From the NCBI GenBank assembly GCA_964619725.1, contig CAZUFC010000091.1, positions 1-36,134 on the forward strand: a DNA stretch of 36,134 bases. The letters run 5' to 3'. The notes below the pieces were generated by a model. That model was not told where the DNA came from and ran no database searches. It saw only the letters and a list, made by a program, of their open reading frames with translations. This stretch comes from an uncultured bacterium (GTDB lineage Bacteria > CSSED10-310 > CAZUFC01). Positions within the stretch are counted from its first letter, which is position 1. Each line of letters opens with the position of its first letter. The translations under genes were made by a program, and so were the position numbers. Shown here piece after piece: positions 20,701-29,214 of this stretch.

Positions 20701-21875
20701 GCGAAGGACAGGCCTATTTCTGGTACGAAATTTCCAATGACGACGATTACAGGCTGGAAGGCGGAAGCATCACTCCCAACGAATGGTATTTCCTTGCCGC
20801 GACAAGAGATGCATCCGGCAACGCAGCTCTTTACCTGAACGGCAACCCGGTTGATACCGGTTCAAGCTTCCCGGCTCCCGATATACTGGATGGCCATATT
20901 GTGACGATGGGCGCGCGGACGAACAGTCCGAATACTTATCAGGACTGGTTCCAGGGCAATATAGATGCCGTTGCCGTTTACGACAGGGCTATGGATGCCG
21001 CCGAAATAGCGGTCCTCTATGCCGAAGGTGAAACTGCACCCGATGCCTCATGCATGGGTATGTGGCGGTTTAATGAATTCGACGGACAGACCATTGTCGA
21101 TCAAAGCAGCGGAGGACATGACGGCTATCTCGGAAAAACCTCCGACCCCGATGCCTTCGATCCCGTTCGCGATTGCTTGCCCACGCCCATTCCTACCAAT
21201 ACTCCAACATCATCGCCCACGATGAGTCCTACGCTTTCGCCTACGATTTCTCCCACGCTGACCCCGACGCACACTCTGAGTCCCACATTGTCACCCACTT
21301 TATCTCCTTCTTTAACGCCTTCACCGACATTAACCCCCTCATTAACGCCCACGGATTCGCCCACTACTTCGCCGACAGCTTCCCCGTCAATGTCTCCAAC
21401 TCCGACCGATTCGCCCACTTTGACCCCTTCTCTGACGCCTTCACCTACCTTAAGCCCAACTTTGTCGCCTACCGATACGCCAAGTTCAACGCCTACATCT
21501 ACTCCCACTTCTACTCTTACATTAACTCCCTCCGCAACTGAATCGCCGACACTGACGCCAACCCTGCAGCCGACGAATTCTCCCACGTCTTCGCCGACCT
21601 TCTCGCCCACTGAAATTCCTACGGAGACTCCTACTTCATCGCCTACCGCTTCACTCTCTCCCACTGAATCGCCGACTCCCTCGGCAACTCTCTCCCCCAC
21701 CATAACCTTTACTCCCACTGTTACAATGTCGCCTACGGCTGCCCCCATACCGTCGCTGGGGACCACCGGCATTTCTGTCGTCATTCTGCTTTTCTCTTGC
21801 CTTACGTTCGGATTGGGCAGATCAAAGAAACTCTTGTCTGCCATTAACAGAATTATTAGATGTTTCATCTTATGA
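17748..21875 (+). CDS. Secreted surface protein: N-terminal beta-rich domain, three LamG/ConA-like domains, S/P/T-rich stalk and IPTL-CTERM-like anchor
   Basis: RBS GGAGGAGG before ATG 17748 and a signal peptide. Three ~220-aa repeats (FTLTAWIYP...WxFLAATRD...LYxNG...FQGxID...YxRAL), long SPT/TPT tracts, and tail IPSLGTTGISVVILLFSCLTFGLGRSKK. Confidence 0.88.
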   Translation: MSRSFGKLNIVISIFFVFSCLWTVTSGALEVLTPVQLTSGGTTEDKPQSKCWHHGGTWWCVLPLSGGSYILRLDGDAWTPALQLSTTSYSKCDCLATGDLVHVLLFAGSSSKLASAEYVPGSPGTYQLWSGRPALSDVSLGDESCCLALDSTGRLWAAYDTSSAIEVKWSDTPYSSWSSAIQIQTGVSSDDLCAVASFPDDKIGIMWSDQARDEFGFRMHNDADPPGTWSVKEDPTTQTNEADDHINLAVESDGDMYAVVKTSFDTAGRIVIGCYKRSADGTWSPLYDVSYAGTRGIAVLDEAGGKLFGIYTNNGIKYRISDIDDINFGPEQSLSISGNNAQSTKQNVGAIGEFVTLSSASSYAYSSILTLNSTPTATTIPTPGPTGLPTNTPIPGSSPPYHCCLEFIGQKSCTVPGHNDFGLEEFTLTAWIYPTDTTGTRAALAHGESFDTDKMNYLLAVQNGQAYFWYELDNDDDYSLLGGSIAADDWSFLAATRDDAGNAALYVNGSPVDSGTGFPAPATIPWHIVTIGSRTNSPSTYQDWFQGYIEAPSIYNRALSSTEIAALYAGGEVSPDASTMGMWRFNETSGQAIVDQSAGGHNGYLGKESSSDSFDPARYCLTSPTPTSPPTLTPTLTPTNTETLTPTATLSPTWSPTLSPTETPTDTPTPLPTATPLEPADAPFTCWLEFNGAQCCTIPASDDFGLEAFTLSAWFYPTSVDGPRALVVHGESFDTDKWNYYLAVHTGEAYFWYEVANDDDYTLQGGTITPNDWYFMAATRDSAGNVALYLNGALIDSASGYPAPETIPWHFVNIGVRTNEPDVYQDWYEGYIDAVSIYDRALSSTEIANIYMTGEIGPDTSTMGMWRFNEGSGQTIIDQSSRGNDGYLGKTANPETFDPIRHCDYFTPTPMPTSTPTATPGPPFVCSLEFSGQKCCVVPAHDDFGLDVFTITGWAYPTNTTGTRAVVANGESFDTDKMNYLLAVREGQAYFWYEISNDDDYRLEGGSITPNEWYFLAATRDASGNAALYLNGNPVDTGSSFPAPDILDGHIVTMGARTNSPNTYQDWFQGNIDAVAVYDRAMDAAEIAVLYAEGETAPDASCMGMWRFNEFDGQTIVDQSSGGHDGYLGKTSDPDAFDPVRDCLPTPIPTNTPTSSPTMSPTLSPTISPTLTPTHTLSPTLSPTLSPSLTPSPTLTPSLTPTDSPTTSPTASPSMSPTPTDSPTLTPSLTPSPTLSPTLSPTDTPSSTPTSTPTSTLTLTPSATESPTLTPTLQPTNSPTSSPTFSPTEIPTETPTSSPTASLSPTESPTPSATLSPTITFTPTVTMSPTAAPIPSLGTTGISVVILLFSCLTFGLGRSKKLLSAINRIIRCFIL
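21178..21746 (+). repeat. Low-complexity coding repeat (xSPT/xTPT tetrapeptides, about 12-bp period)
   Basis: About 190 aa of PTLSPT/TPTxTPT; synonymous positions vary between units. Confidence 0.9.
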
Positions 21876-21877
21876 AT

Positions 21878-21906
21878 TTGACTTCCTTTGCCAAATAGGT
21901 TATAAA
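21878..21906 (+). promoter_or_regulatory. Putative sigma70-type promoter for the collagen-like gene
   Basis: TTGACT (21878-21883), 17 bp, TATAAA (21901-21906). Confidence 0.4.
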
Positions 21907-22187
21907 TATGATGATTAGGTTGAAAAACGCCGAGCGGAGCTGCAACTAACGTACTCATATTCGCAGTAAGAAAAGGATAAAGCGAAACGCAAACCTTTGA
22001 ATCGAGGCGGATTTTTTGACGGAGGCGTTTTATTGCCGGAAATTTTCGATGGTTTCAGCAAGCCGGATGCCGGCTGACGGACCGCTGATAGGGATGAAAT
22101 ATTCCTTCATTTTATCGGCAACTCGATGAATGTTACATTTTCCAGGTCTGATGAAGCGGCATTCAAACCTAAAAAGGAGGGTTTATA

Positions 22188-24011
22188 GTGAAGGGAAAAA
22201 TTTTTATTTTCTTTGTCGCTGCAATATTGAGCGCAGGCACGGTAGCGGCGGCGATCCCGCACCAGATCAACTATCAGGGGCACTTGACGGATGAATTCGG
22301 TGAACCGATGAGCGGTTCATTCGATTTCGCGTTCACGATTTATGATGCTCCACTCGGCGGCGCTGCGTTATGGACGGAAGCGCATAATGCTGTAACGGTC
22401 AGTGAAGGCATATTCAACGTAATGCTTGGAAGCGACTTCGCCATTGATCTTGCTTTCGATGGCGCCTGCTGGCTTGAGGTCGAGGTTGAATCGGAGACTT
22501 TAACGCCGAGATTGAAGATGACGAGCGTCGGCCAGGCCTATGCAGCGGAGGACGTACCGTGCGAGGACATTACTCCGCAGACGGTATCGATATGCGGACA
22601 AGGCATGGTCATTGATGATGCAGGCATGTGGGTCGGAGATCCGACGGGTTTGACGGGCCCCACTGGTCCGACGGGACCTACAGGCCCGATGGGTATGCAG
22701 GGCGCTGCCGGTCCGACGGGACCGTCAGGCCCGATGGGGATGCAGGGACCCGCTGGTCCGTCGGGACCGTCAGGTCCGATGGGGATGCAAGGCGCTACAG
22801 GTCCGTCGGGACCGTCAGGCCCGATGGGAATGCAGGGAGCTACAGGCGCCCGCGGACCAAGCGGTCCGACAGGATCAACGGGTTCGCGCGGACCGAGCGG
22901 TCCGACAGGCGCAACGGGTTCACGCGGCCCCAGCGGACCCCAGGGCGTAGGACTGTCATGCGGCAACGGTTTGTCATGTTCCGGCGGATTTAACTGGTAT
23001 CTGTACAATACGGATGGGACCGGACTCTACGCCAGCAATTCGACGACTTCCGGGTATTGCCTCCGAACGAGCGGGGGATACCGCGGACTTTACGCCTCAA
23101 CATCCTCCGGCGGCGAGGGCGTAAACGCCACTGCTTCAGGCAGCGCCGGATGGGGCGTCTTTGGTTCCGGCGGCAGCACCGGATGCCGGGGATACGGCGG
23201 CAATACCGGCGTATATGGTTCAGGCAGTTCTTACGGCGGATATTTTTATTCCGGCAGTTCAAGCGCACATGGAGTATACGGTTACAGCAGCAATTATCTG
23301 GGAGTTGGAGGATATTCGTACGGCAGCGCCAGTAATTCGAATTACGCCGTATATGGTCATTCGTCATACGGTATAGGTCTATATGCATCGAATTACACTA
23401 CCGGTTATTACAACATTTATTCCTGGCCCATGGGCGGATTATCATCCGCGTATGGTATAGGCGTAAAGGGACAAGCCGTTTTCTTTGATGCTGCCTATTT
23501 CTACGGCTCCAAATCAGGATATGTCGTAGACGTCGGAGAGAACGATGCCAAAAGACCCCTCGAAACGGGAGACGTCGTAGTCATAACCGGCTCCAGCGAG
23601 CCAGTTATCGGTGAGATACCCTGCATAACCGTCGACGTTACGGAGAAAGCCTATCATACGGGAGTCGTCGGCGTAATCGACAGTCGACATGTGGAAAATG
23701 AAGAACTGGCCGACATTAAAGACATGGAAGCGGAGAGAGCTGCAGGTCGCGTACTCGTCAAAGTAAAAAGCGCCAAAGGCGATTCCCTGCCTGGCGAATA
23801 CGTCAGCGTCGTGACTTTGGGCGCTTATAAAGCCATTAAAGCGGATGCATCGTTTGGTGAAATCGAACCCGGCGACCTGTTAGTCACCTCGCCTAATCCG
23901 GGTTACGCCATGAAAGGCGTTGATCCCCAGGAAGGGTCTGTCGTCGGTAAAGCTCTGGAAGGCCTTAAATCCGGGACCGGCAAGATCGCTGTTTTCGTTA
24001 TTCAAGGCTGA
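22188..24011 (+). CDS. Secreted collagen-like fibre protein with Gly/Tyr/Ser-rich region and C-terminal chaperone-like domain
   Basis: RBS AAGGAGG before GTG and a signal peptide. [14 protein letters not shown]-domain, 33 consecutive Gly-X-Y triplets, GVYG-type repeats, and C-terminal GDVVV...[16 protein letters not shown]...VVGKALE. Confidence 0.88.
   Translation: MKGKIFIFFVAAILSAGTVAAAIPHQINYQGHLTDEFGEPMSGSFDFAFTIYDAPLGGAALWTEAHNAVTVSEGIFNVMLGSDFAIDLAFDGACWLEVEVESETLTPRLKMTSVGQAYAAEDVPCEDITPQTVSICGQGMVIDDAGMWVGDPTGLTGPTGPTGPTGPMGMQGAAGPTGPSGPMGMQGPAGPSGPSGPMGMQGATGPSGPSGPMGMQGATGARGPSGPTGSTGSRGPSGPTGATGSRGPSGPQGVGLSCGNGLSCSGGFNWYLYNTDGTGLYASNSTTSGYCLRTSGGYRGLYASTSSGGEGVNATASGSAGWGVFGSGGSTGCRGYGGNTGVYGSGSSYGGYFYSGSSSAHGVYGYSSNYLGVGGYSYGSASNSNYAVYGHSSYGIGLYASNYTTGYYNIYSWPMGGLSSAYGIGVKGQAVFFDAAYFYGSKSGYVVDVGENDAKRPLETGDVVVITGSSEPVIGEIPCITVDVTEKAYHTGVVGVIDSRHVENEELADIKDMEAERAAGRVLVKVKSAKGDSLPGEYVSVVTLGAYKAIKADASFGEIEPGDLLVTSPNPGYAMKGVDPQEGSVVGKALEGLKSGTGKIAVFVIQG
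22647..22943 (+). repeat. Collagen Gly-X-Y repeat with 45-bp and 36-bp higher-order units
   Basis: GPxGPxGPMGMQGxx four times, then GxRGPSGPxGxx about three times. Confidence 0.92.
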
Positions 24012-24041
24012 TTCGTAATCTGATAAGATATGATCAACCAT

Positions 24042-24071
24042 AAGCCGGGGACTCCGGTTCCCCGGCTTTTT
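24042..24071 (+). terminator. Rho-independent terminator
   Basis: AAGCCGGGGA-ctccggt-TCCCCGGCTT followed by TTT, 30 bp after the stop codon. Confidence 0.85.
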
Positions 24072-24112
24072 GTAATATATGAATTTTTATGCCGCAAAGG
24101 AGATTTTAGTTT

Positions 24113-26539
24113 TTGAAGATCGTCAGAAATCAGTTTTTACCGGCAATTCTTCTTTTTACAATTGTATTCGGATTAGCGCTCTTCAAGCTGAACGAAGGCG
24201 ATATACTGTTTCATATTAAACAGGGTGGGATCATTTGGGAAACCGGCGAAATACCAGGTGAGGATATTTTTACCTTCACCATGGAGGGAGCCCGCTGGAC
24301 GAACCACGAATGGGGAAGCGCCGTCATTTTTTATCTCATCCGCCAGCTGACGGGTTTCGATGGAATCGTAATCTTCAAAGCGGTCCTGACTGCCGTTGCC
24401 TTTCTTATTCTTTATCGTTGTTCACTTTTCGCCGGCGCCGGTCCCTGGATATCTCTACCCCTTTTCAGCCTGGGAGCGGCGACCGCCCGATTCCATATGT
24501 ACGCCCGCCCACAGATTTTTACCTATTTGTTTCTCTCCCTGATTTTCAGTATTCTCCTTAAAAACAGAGGAAACCATGACCGCCGGCTGTGGGCGCTGCC
24601 TGTAATAATGATCGTATGGGGCAATCTCCATGCCGCCTGTATTCTCGGCATCATTTTTTATGGAGCATTTATTCTGTTGGAACTAATTCGGCCGGTTTTT
24701 CCATTCCGGGGAGCAGCCGGACGATACAAGAAAAGGGCTTCAGACCTTAAGTTCAAAGCGCTGATAGGAGCGCTTATGATCGGCGGCCTGTTCGCCAATC
24801 CCAGTACTTACCGGTTGCCGCTTTACCTGTTTGAAATACCGGTAGGCGACAGCTCTGTCGTCATTTCGGAGTGGCTGCCTGCTTACAGTCAGGATTCTTT
24901 TCCCCTGTTCTGGGGCATGGCGATAATGTTCGTCTTGAGTTTTATATTTTCTATTAAAAGAACCAATTCCTTCATTACGGTTATCGGTACAATTACTCTT
25001 ATTTCAGCCGTCCTTCATGTCCGAAACATAGAGTTGTTTTCCATGTTCGGCGGCGTCGCTATCGCTTTACAGGGGACGATTTGTCTTTACAAGGTTCGAG
25101 AAATCATCCGCAAGAGACAAAAAGGAGAACTGCCGGTTAAAGCTCTCAAACAGTTTACGCCTTTGTTTTCTTTGACGGCGGTTTTCATTCCTGTATTTAT
25201 TATTTTTTTCACCAGGTTCGGCGATCATCCCGTCCTGTTCGAACCTGGCGTAGGTCTTAATCGCAAAGCATTTCCGATCGAAGCCTGCGATTTTCTGCAG
25301 GAATACGACCTGAACGGCAGAATATACAACGATTCCTCCTTCGCCGGATATCTCGTATGGCGCTGGGGACCTGAACGTAAAGTATTCTGGGATGTCCGCA
25401 CCGAATATACGCTTCCGATCATGGAAGAGGTCATGCGGACTTCTTTTTCTGATTATCTTGATAAAATGAACGTCCAGATTGCCCTTAACGATCTGATCAT
25501 TACGCCGGGCGGATTCCTGCATTATTTCCTGAACGACGGCAGCCGCTGGGCACTCGTTTATGTTGACGATCTGACCGCCCTCTTTCTGCGCAGAAGTCCT
25601 CAGAACGCCTCGATCATCGCTCGCTTTGAATATAAACATTATCGACCCGATCTCGATCCGATCCTGGTTCCTGATCCGATCATATCCCATATACTGGAGG
25701 AGATGAACGATCCGAAGCGTCCGGAAGGAGCCTCTTACAGGAACCTGGTTTTTGAAGGCTTCCTTCATACGAGACAGAAGGAGTTCTCCAGGGCGGAGGA
25801 GCATTTGAAAAAAGCTTTTTTCATGAATTCCTGCAGCGGAATAGCAGACATCGCTCTAGCCTTTCTGTTCCTGGAAAAAAATGATCTCGATAGAGCTTAT
25901 CTTTGGGCGAAACGCTCTGTAAAAAGCTATACGGCATTCCCGTTTGCGTATCGCCTGGCAGCGCATATTGACAATTTGCGAGGGCAGCCGGGTAAAGCAA
26001 TCCGATACCTGGAAACCTATTTAGAAACAGCCCCGGATGATCTGGCTTCACATAAATATCTCGCTCAACTCTATGAAGATACAGGCGAAACAATGAAGCA
26101 GGCGGAACTTTCCCGCAAGATAGAGGTCCTGGAGAATCGCGTTTTTAGTGACAAAATCAGGGAAGGACTGCTTCACCAGACTATGTTTAATTACGCGGAA
26201 GCCGAAAAAGCTTATCAGGAAGCCCAGACTCTGAAACCGCGAATGATCGAGTCTCTGCTTTATCTGGGGAAGCTCTACGAGGAAATCGGCCGGTTCGACT
26301 GGGCTGAAAAAGCATACAAGGACGCGATCGACAATGATCCTGGGACGGCTATTTCTTATCTGTATCTCAGCCGCCTCTACGTTACGGAATTAAATGAATC
26401 CGTCAAAGCGCTGCCTTACCTGAAAAAGTACATTGAATTCGCTGAAAACCAACCGTCGTTGCCGTTCATTGAAGAATCCCGAAAATGGCTGAATGAAATA
26501 ACAGCTCAGGATTCATACGGACAATATAAAGCCAAATAG
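24113..26539 (+). CDS. Polytopic membrane protein (GT-C-like glycosyltransferase candidate) with C-terminal TPRs
   Basis: About 10-11 hydrophobic segments. First loop EGDILFHIKQG...D.FTFT...WTNHEW, plus RPQIF, WGNLH and ISEW. C-terminal TPR-like helices (AEKAYQEA, LYLGKLYEEIGRFDWAEKAY). TTG start after AAGGAG. Confidence 0.75.
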   Translation: MKIVRNQFLPAILLFTIVFGLALFKLNEGDILFHIKQGGIIWETGEIPGEDIFTFTMEGARWTNHEWGSAVIFYLIRQLTGFDGIVIFKAVLTAVAFLILYRCSLFAGAGPWISLPLFSLGAATARFHMYARPQIFTYLFLSLIFSILLKNRGNHDRRLWALPVIMIVWGNLHAACILGIIFYGAFILLELIRPVFPFRGAAGRYKKRASDLKFKALIGALMIGGLFANPSTYRLPLYLFEIPVGDSSVVISEWLPAYSQDSFPLFWGMAIMFVLSFIFSIKRTNSFITVIGTITLISAVLHVRNIELFSMFGGVAIALQGTICLYKVREIIRKRQKGELPVKALKQFTPLFSLTAVFIPVFIIFFTRFGDHPVLFEPGVGLNRKAFPIEACDFLQEYDLNGRIYNDSSFAGYLVWRWGPERKVFWDVRTEYTLPIMEEVMRTSFSDYLDKMNVQIALNDLIITPGGFLHYFLNDGSRWALVYVDDLTALFLRRSPQNASIIARFEYKHYRPDLDPILVPDPIISHILEEMNDPKRPEGASYRNLVFEGFLHTRQKEFSRAEEHLKKAFFMNSCSGIADIALAFLFLEKNDLDRAYLWAKRSVKSYTAFPFAYRLAAHIDNLRGQPGKAIRYLETYLETAPDDLASHKYLAQLYEDTGETMKQAELSRKIEVLENRVFSDKIREGLLHQTMFNYAEAEKAYQEAQTLKPRMIESLLYLGKLYEEIGRFDWAEKAYKDAIDNDPGTAISYLYLSRLYVTELNESVKALPYLKKYIEFAENQPSLPFIEESRKWLNEITAQDSYGQYKAK

Positions 26540-26685
26540 ACGACAATTCAGCGGAAGAAGACGACCTGAAGCGTTTTGCACGAGCGTAAGTTATGCCGTA
26601 ATTTATTGCTGGAGCTGTCGGTCTTGATCGAAAAGGAACTCCTGGATGCTGGTTGGACTGACAGTAAGCGCTTTTCTTTGACGGA

Positions 26686-27954
26686 TCAATTCCAGCCGAA
26701 CTCGACGGAGTCTATGGGACTGAACAGATCGGAGAAATCCTGGGTTAAGAAGGCGGCGTGAAATTTTAAACCTGAGCCTGGGTAGTCTGTATGGGGCCAG
26801 ACGAAATCCAGGATTTCTTTGTTGAACGGTGAGATGCCTATATCGACATATTCATAATTGAACTGTTCGGTCCAGGTGGGATGCCAGAAGAAAGAGGCCC
26901 CGTAGACGTCAAGTACGACTACGAAAGGGACATTCTGGTATGCCTGGTTTCCATTTGTTATAAAAGCGTTCAAGAGGAACCTGTCGCCCGGATTGAAAAG
27001 CGGGCGGGACAGTTGAAGATGTACCTCCGGACCGGATTGATGCGACGATGTGGGCGTCGGGGTTACCGCCGGAGTCGGAGTGGGCGTCGCTCCGGTTTGG
27101 TGGAAAGCATCGGTGAAGTCCCAGGTTATCTCGTGAACGTCCATGTATCCGCCGCCTTCGCCTTCAATCCGGAAATCCTGCATGGACTTGCGGGCGTGCC
27201 ACAACAGCCCGTCGGGACAGTAATAGTTCAGCATTCTCCCGTTTTCGCCTACGCTGTTCATGTCGACTTTGTATGTGTTGCATCCGTTGACGGGCTGTCT
27301 TCCGGTGCATCCGCCGGTAAACATGATCGTCTGGGAGCCGGTCAGGTCATAATCGTAATCGCCCATATCCGTGTTGAAAGTAATGTTTCCGGACATATGC
27401 ATCAGGAAATCGACGTCCCATTCCATACCCGTATCCAGAGGCCATACATAATCTTGCATATAAGGACAGCAGTCTATTTTCACGTCGTCAGCCGACATGG
27501 CTCCTATGTTGGTCCACGAACCGAATATTTTTCCCCAGATTTGCGAATAGGAATTCATGCGCATTCTGACAGCGGTCAGATCATCGGTTTTTATCCATAT
27601 TTCGCCGGAAGTCGTTCCCTGCCTGAGCTCTAGATCGATAGGAAAGCCGCTGCCCGGTACAAATTCACCGGTTCCCGTCATCGAACAGTTACTGAATGAA
27701 ATGACGTATACTTCATACTGTGCCGGACAGCTCGGAATATTTTTCATCGTCTTCTGCGTCACCGTCCAACGGCAAGTCGGAAGATAAATATCAAACTCAA
27801 TTTCATTGCCGTCCGTAAATCCCGTAACATCAATAGTCTGTTCGACATCGAACCAGTCGCCCACACGCCACGTCGGCGTTTGAGCCGCCGAATTGCATGC
27901 TGCAGGCAGGATAATCGTCAACAATACCAAACAATTGAACAATGTCCCTTTCAT
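26686..27954 (-). CDS. Secreted hypothetical protein with TPTPTP linker and ~115-aa C-terminal domain
   Basis: GGGAGA RBS, signal peptide, PTWRVGDW start of a beta-rich domain, TPTPTPAVTPTPT linker, and C-terminal domain similar to 28090-28506. Confidence 0.85.
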   Translation of the reverse strand: MKGTLFNCLVLLTIILPAACNSAAQTPTWRVGDWFDVEQTIDVTGFTDGNEIEFDIYLPTCRWTVTQKTMKNIPSCPAQYEVYVISFSNCSMTGTGEFVPGSGFPIDLELRQGTTSGEIWIKTDDLTAVRMRMNSYSQIWGKIFGSWTNIGAMSADDVKIDCCPYMQDYVWPLDTGMEWDVDFLMHMSGNITFNTDMGDYDYDLTGSQTIMFTGGCTGRQPVNGCNTYKVDMNSVGENGRMLNYYCPDGLLWHARKSMQDFRIEGEGGGYMDVHEITWDFTDAFHQTGATPTPTPAVTPTPTSSHQSGPEVHLQLSRPLFNPGDRFLLNAFITNGNQAYQNVPFVVVLDVYGASFFWHPTWTEQFNYEYVDIGISPFNKEILDFVWPHTDYPGSGLKFHAAFLTQDFSDLFSPIDSVEFGWN

Positions 27955-28089
27955 TTAATGTCTCCCGATAAGCTTATAACATTCGTTGAAATTTAAGCCA
28001 TCTTGCCAGGCGGCTGTGTGTCAGCCGACGATCTCGTCAGGATGAACTATATCAAAAAAACGTCGTCTTACGTCAAGTTTTATCTTTCT

Positions 28090-28506
28090 TCAAAGCTGAT
28101 CAGCCGAACTCCATTCAACCATGTCCCAATTCAGCAGCTCGTATGACGCCGAATCGAAACACGCGCCCCAGAAACGGATGTCCTTGAATTCACCAACGCC
28201 TGAAGGCCAGGTGAAGGACAACAGGACGTCATAGCCGTATTGACCGGGATTCAGCGACTCTTCCTGCCAGTCTGTCTCCTGTGTGAATCCGGGATAGAAC
28301 CAGTATTCGCCGTTCACGTCCAGGAGAATGAATTCTGTGAATTCCACTCTTGCTTCATCCGCATTTCCGAATCGCCTTTCCAGGATGAACAGGTCCTTTT
28401 CCGCAAGAGAGGTATCCGGCATGTGCCATCTGTAATGCAGGTTCTCTGCAGGCGGAGCATCCGAATGCTCGAACCACTGGGCGTGTTTTCCGATCTTACA
28501 TGTTCC
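28090..28506 (-). pseudogene. 5'-truncated gene retaining only the shared C-terminal domain
   Basis: Frame stays open 28 codons upstream of ATG 28422 (...QWFEHSDAPPAENLHYRWH-MPD) up to a TAG, with no RBS or signal peptide. Aligns by eye with the C-terminus of 26686-27954 (LDVxG..(F/W)(F/W).P.(W/F)T; L.F.WP). Confidence 0.6.
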
Positions 28507-28619
28507 CTATTCCTTCTTTTAAGATTCTATGCAAAAAGATTTCACTGAAAAATTTTACACTCTTTCGAAACGGCGACAATTGTTTTTTCTGTTTATGCCG
28601 TTACCGCATTTTTATGTTT

Positions 28620-28648
28620 TTGCTTTTCATCCGGAAAAGGTGTATATT
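28620..28648 (+). promoter_or_regulatory. Putative sigma70-type promoter
   Basis: TTGCTT, 17 bp, TATATT, 28 bp upstream of the ATG with GAGGAG RBS. Confidence 0.5.
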
Positions 28649-28676
28649 GGGTTGGACTGAGTTTTGAGGAGTCAAG

Positions 28677-29141
28677 ATGAAGGAAGAGTGCTTAAAAATT
28701 TTCACGGAATATTACATGGAAAAGACGAATCAAAATGAAAAGGAACTTGTCGATGCGCTGACAGAGCTTATCGAGCCTTGCCGGAGTTGTCTTGAGAGGG
28801 TCAGGAAAGCCGTCGAGCGGTACAAAGCGGAAAAGGGACAATTCGATAAAATAGACTTTCTGAAGTCTCATCGTCATTTAATTCGAGAATCCAAAGGCGA
28901 CCAGATACGTGAAAATTGTTTCAGCCGGTATTCAGATTATTTTGACGGAGAATTGAGCCAAAAGCAGCGGATAAATATAGAAAAGATCGCTGCAGAAGGC
29001 TCGCCCTGCAAGCCTTGTTATGCAGCCGTCGAATGGATGCTGGAACTCTTTCACTCCATCAAGTCCGAACCTTTTCCTGACGAATATCGAGTTAAATTAA
29101 GGAAGGAACTGAGGATTAAAATAGGTCAATCCAGCGAATGA
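28677..29141 (+). CDS. Small protein with two zf-HC2/ZAS-like anti-sigma modules
   Basis: GAGGAG RBS; EC...EYY...PCRSC and NC...SDYFDGELS...PCKPC...EPFPDEYRVKL. Confidence 0.65.
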   Translation: MKEECLKIFTEYYMEKTNQNEKELVDALTELIEPCRSCLERVRKAVERYKAEKGQFDKIDFLKSHRHLIRESKGDQIRENCFSRYSDYFDGELSQKQRINIEKIAAEGSPCKPCYAAVEWMLELFHSIKSEPFPDEYRVKLRKELRIKIGQSSE

Positions 29142-29214
29142 TAGCGTCAAAAAAAGGTCAAAGGCGTTGATGTTGAAGTAAGCGAAAAGCTATGTGAGTG
29201 CGTTCAAAACCAGA

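Noticed and set aside
21125-21958. 277-aa minus-strand Val/Gly-repeat ORF (also 19547-19801)
   Set aside because: Antisense shadow of the Pro/Thr/Ser repeats.
22538-23008. Minus-strand GP-repeat ORF that looks collagen-like
   Set aside because: Antisense shadow of the real collagen repeat.
26881-27633. 250-aa plus-strand ORF (likewise 25067-25804 and 4567-5148)
   Set aside because: Entirely antisense to well-supported genes and without motifs.
27995-28045. Hairpins with CTGACGA on the minus strand (also CTGATGA near 22148) as a hammerhead ribozyme
   Set aside because: No correctly placed GAAA core or three-stem junction.
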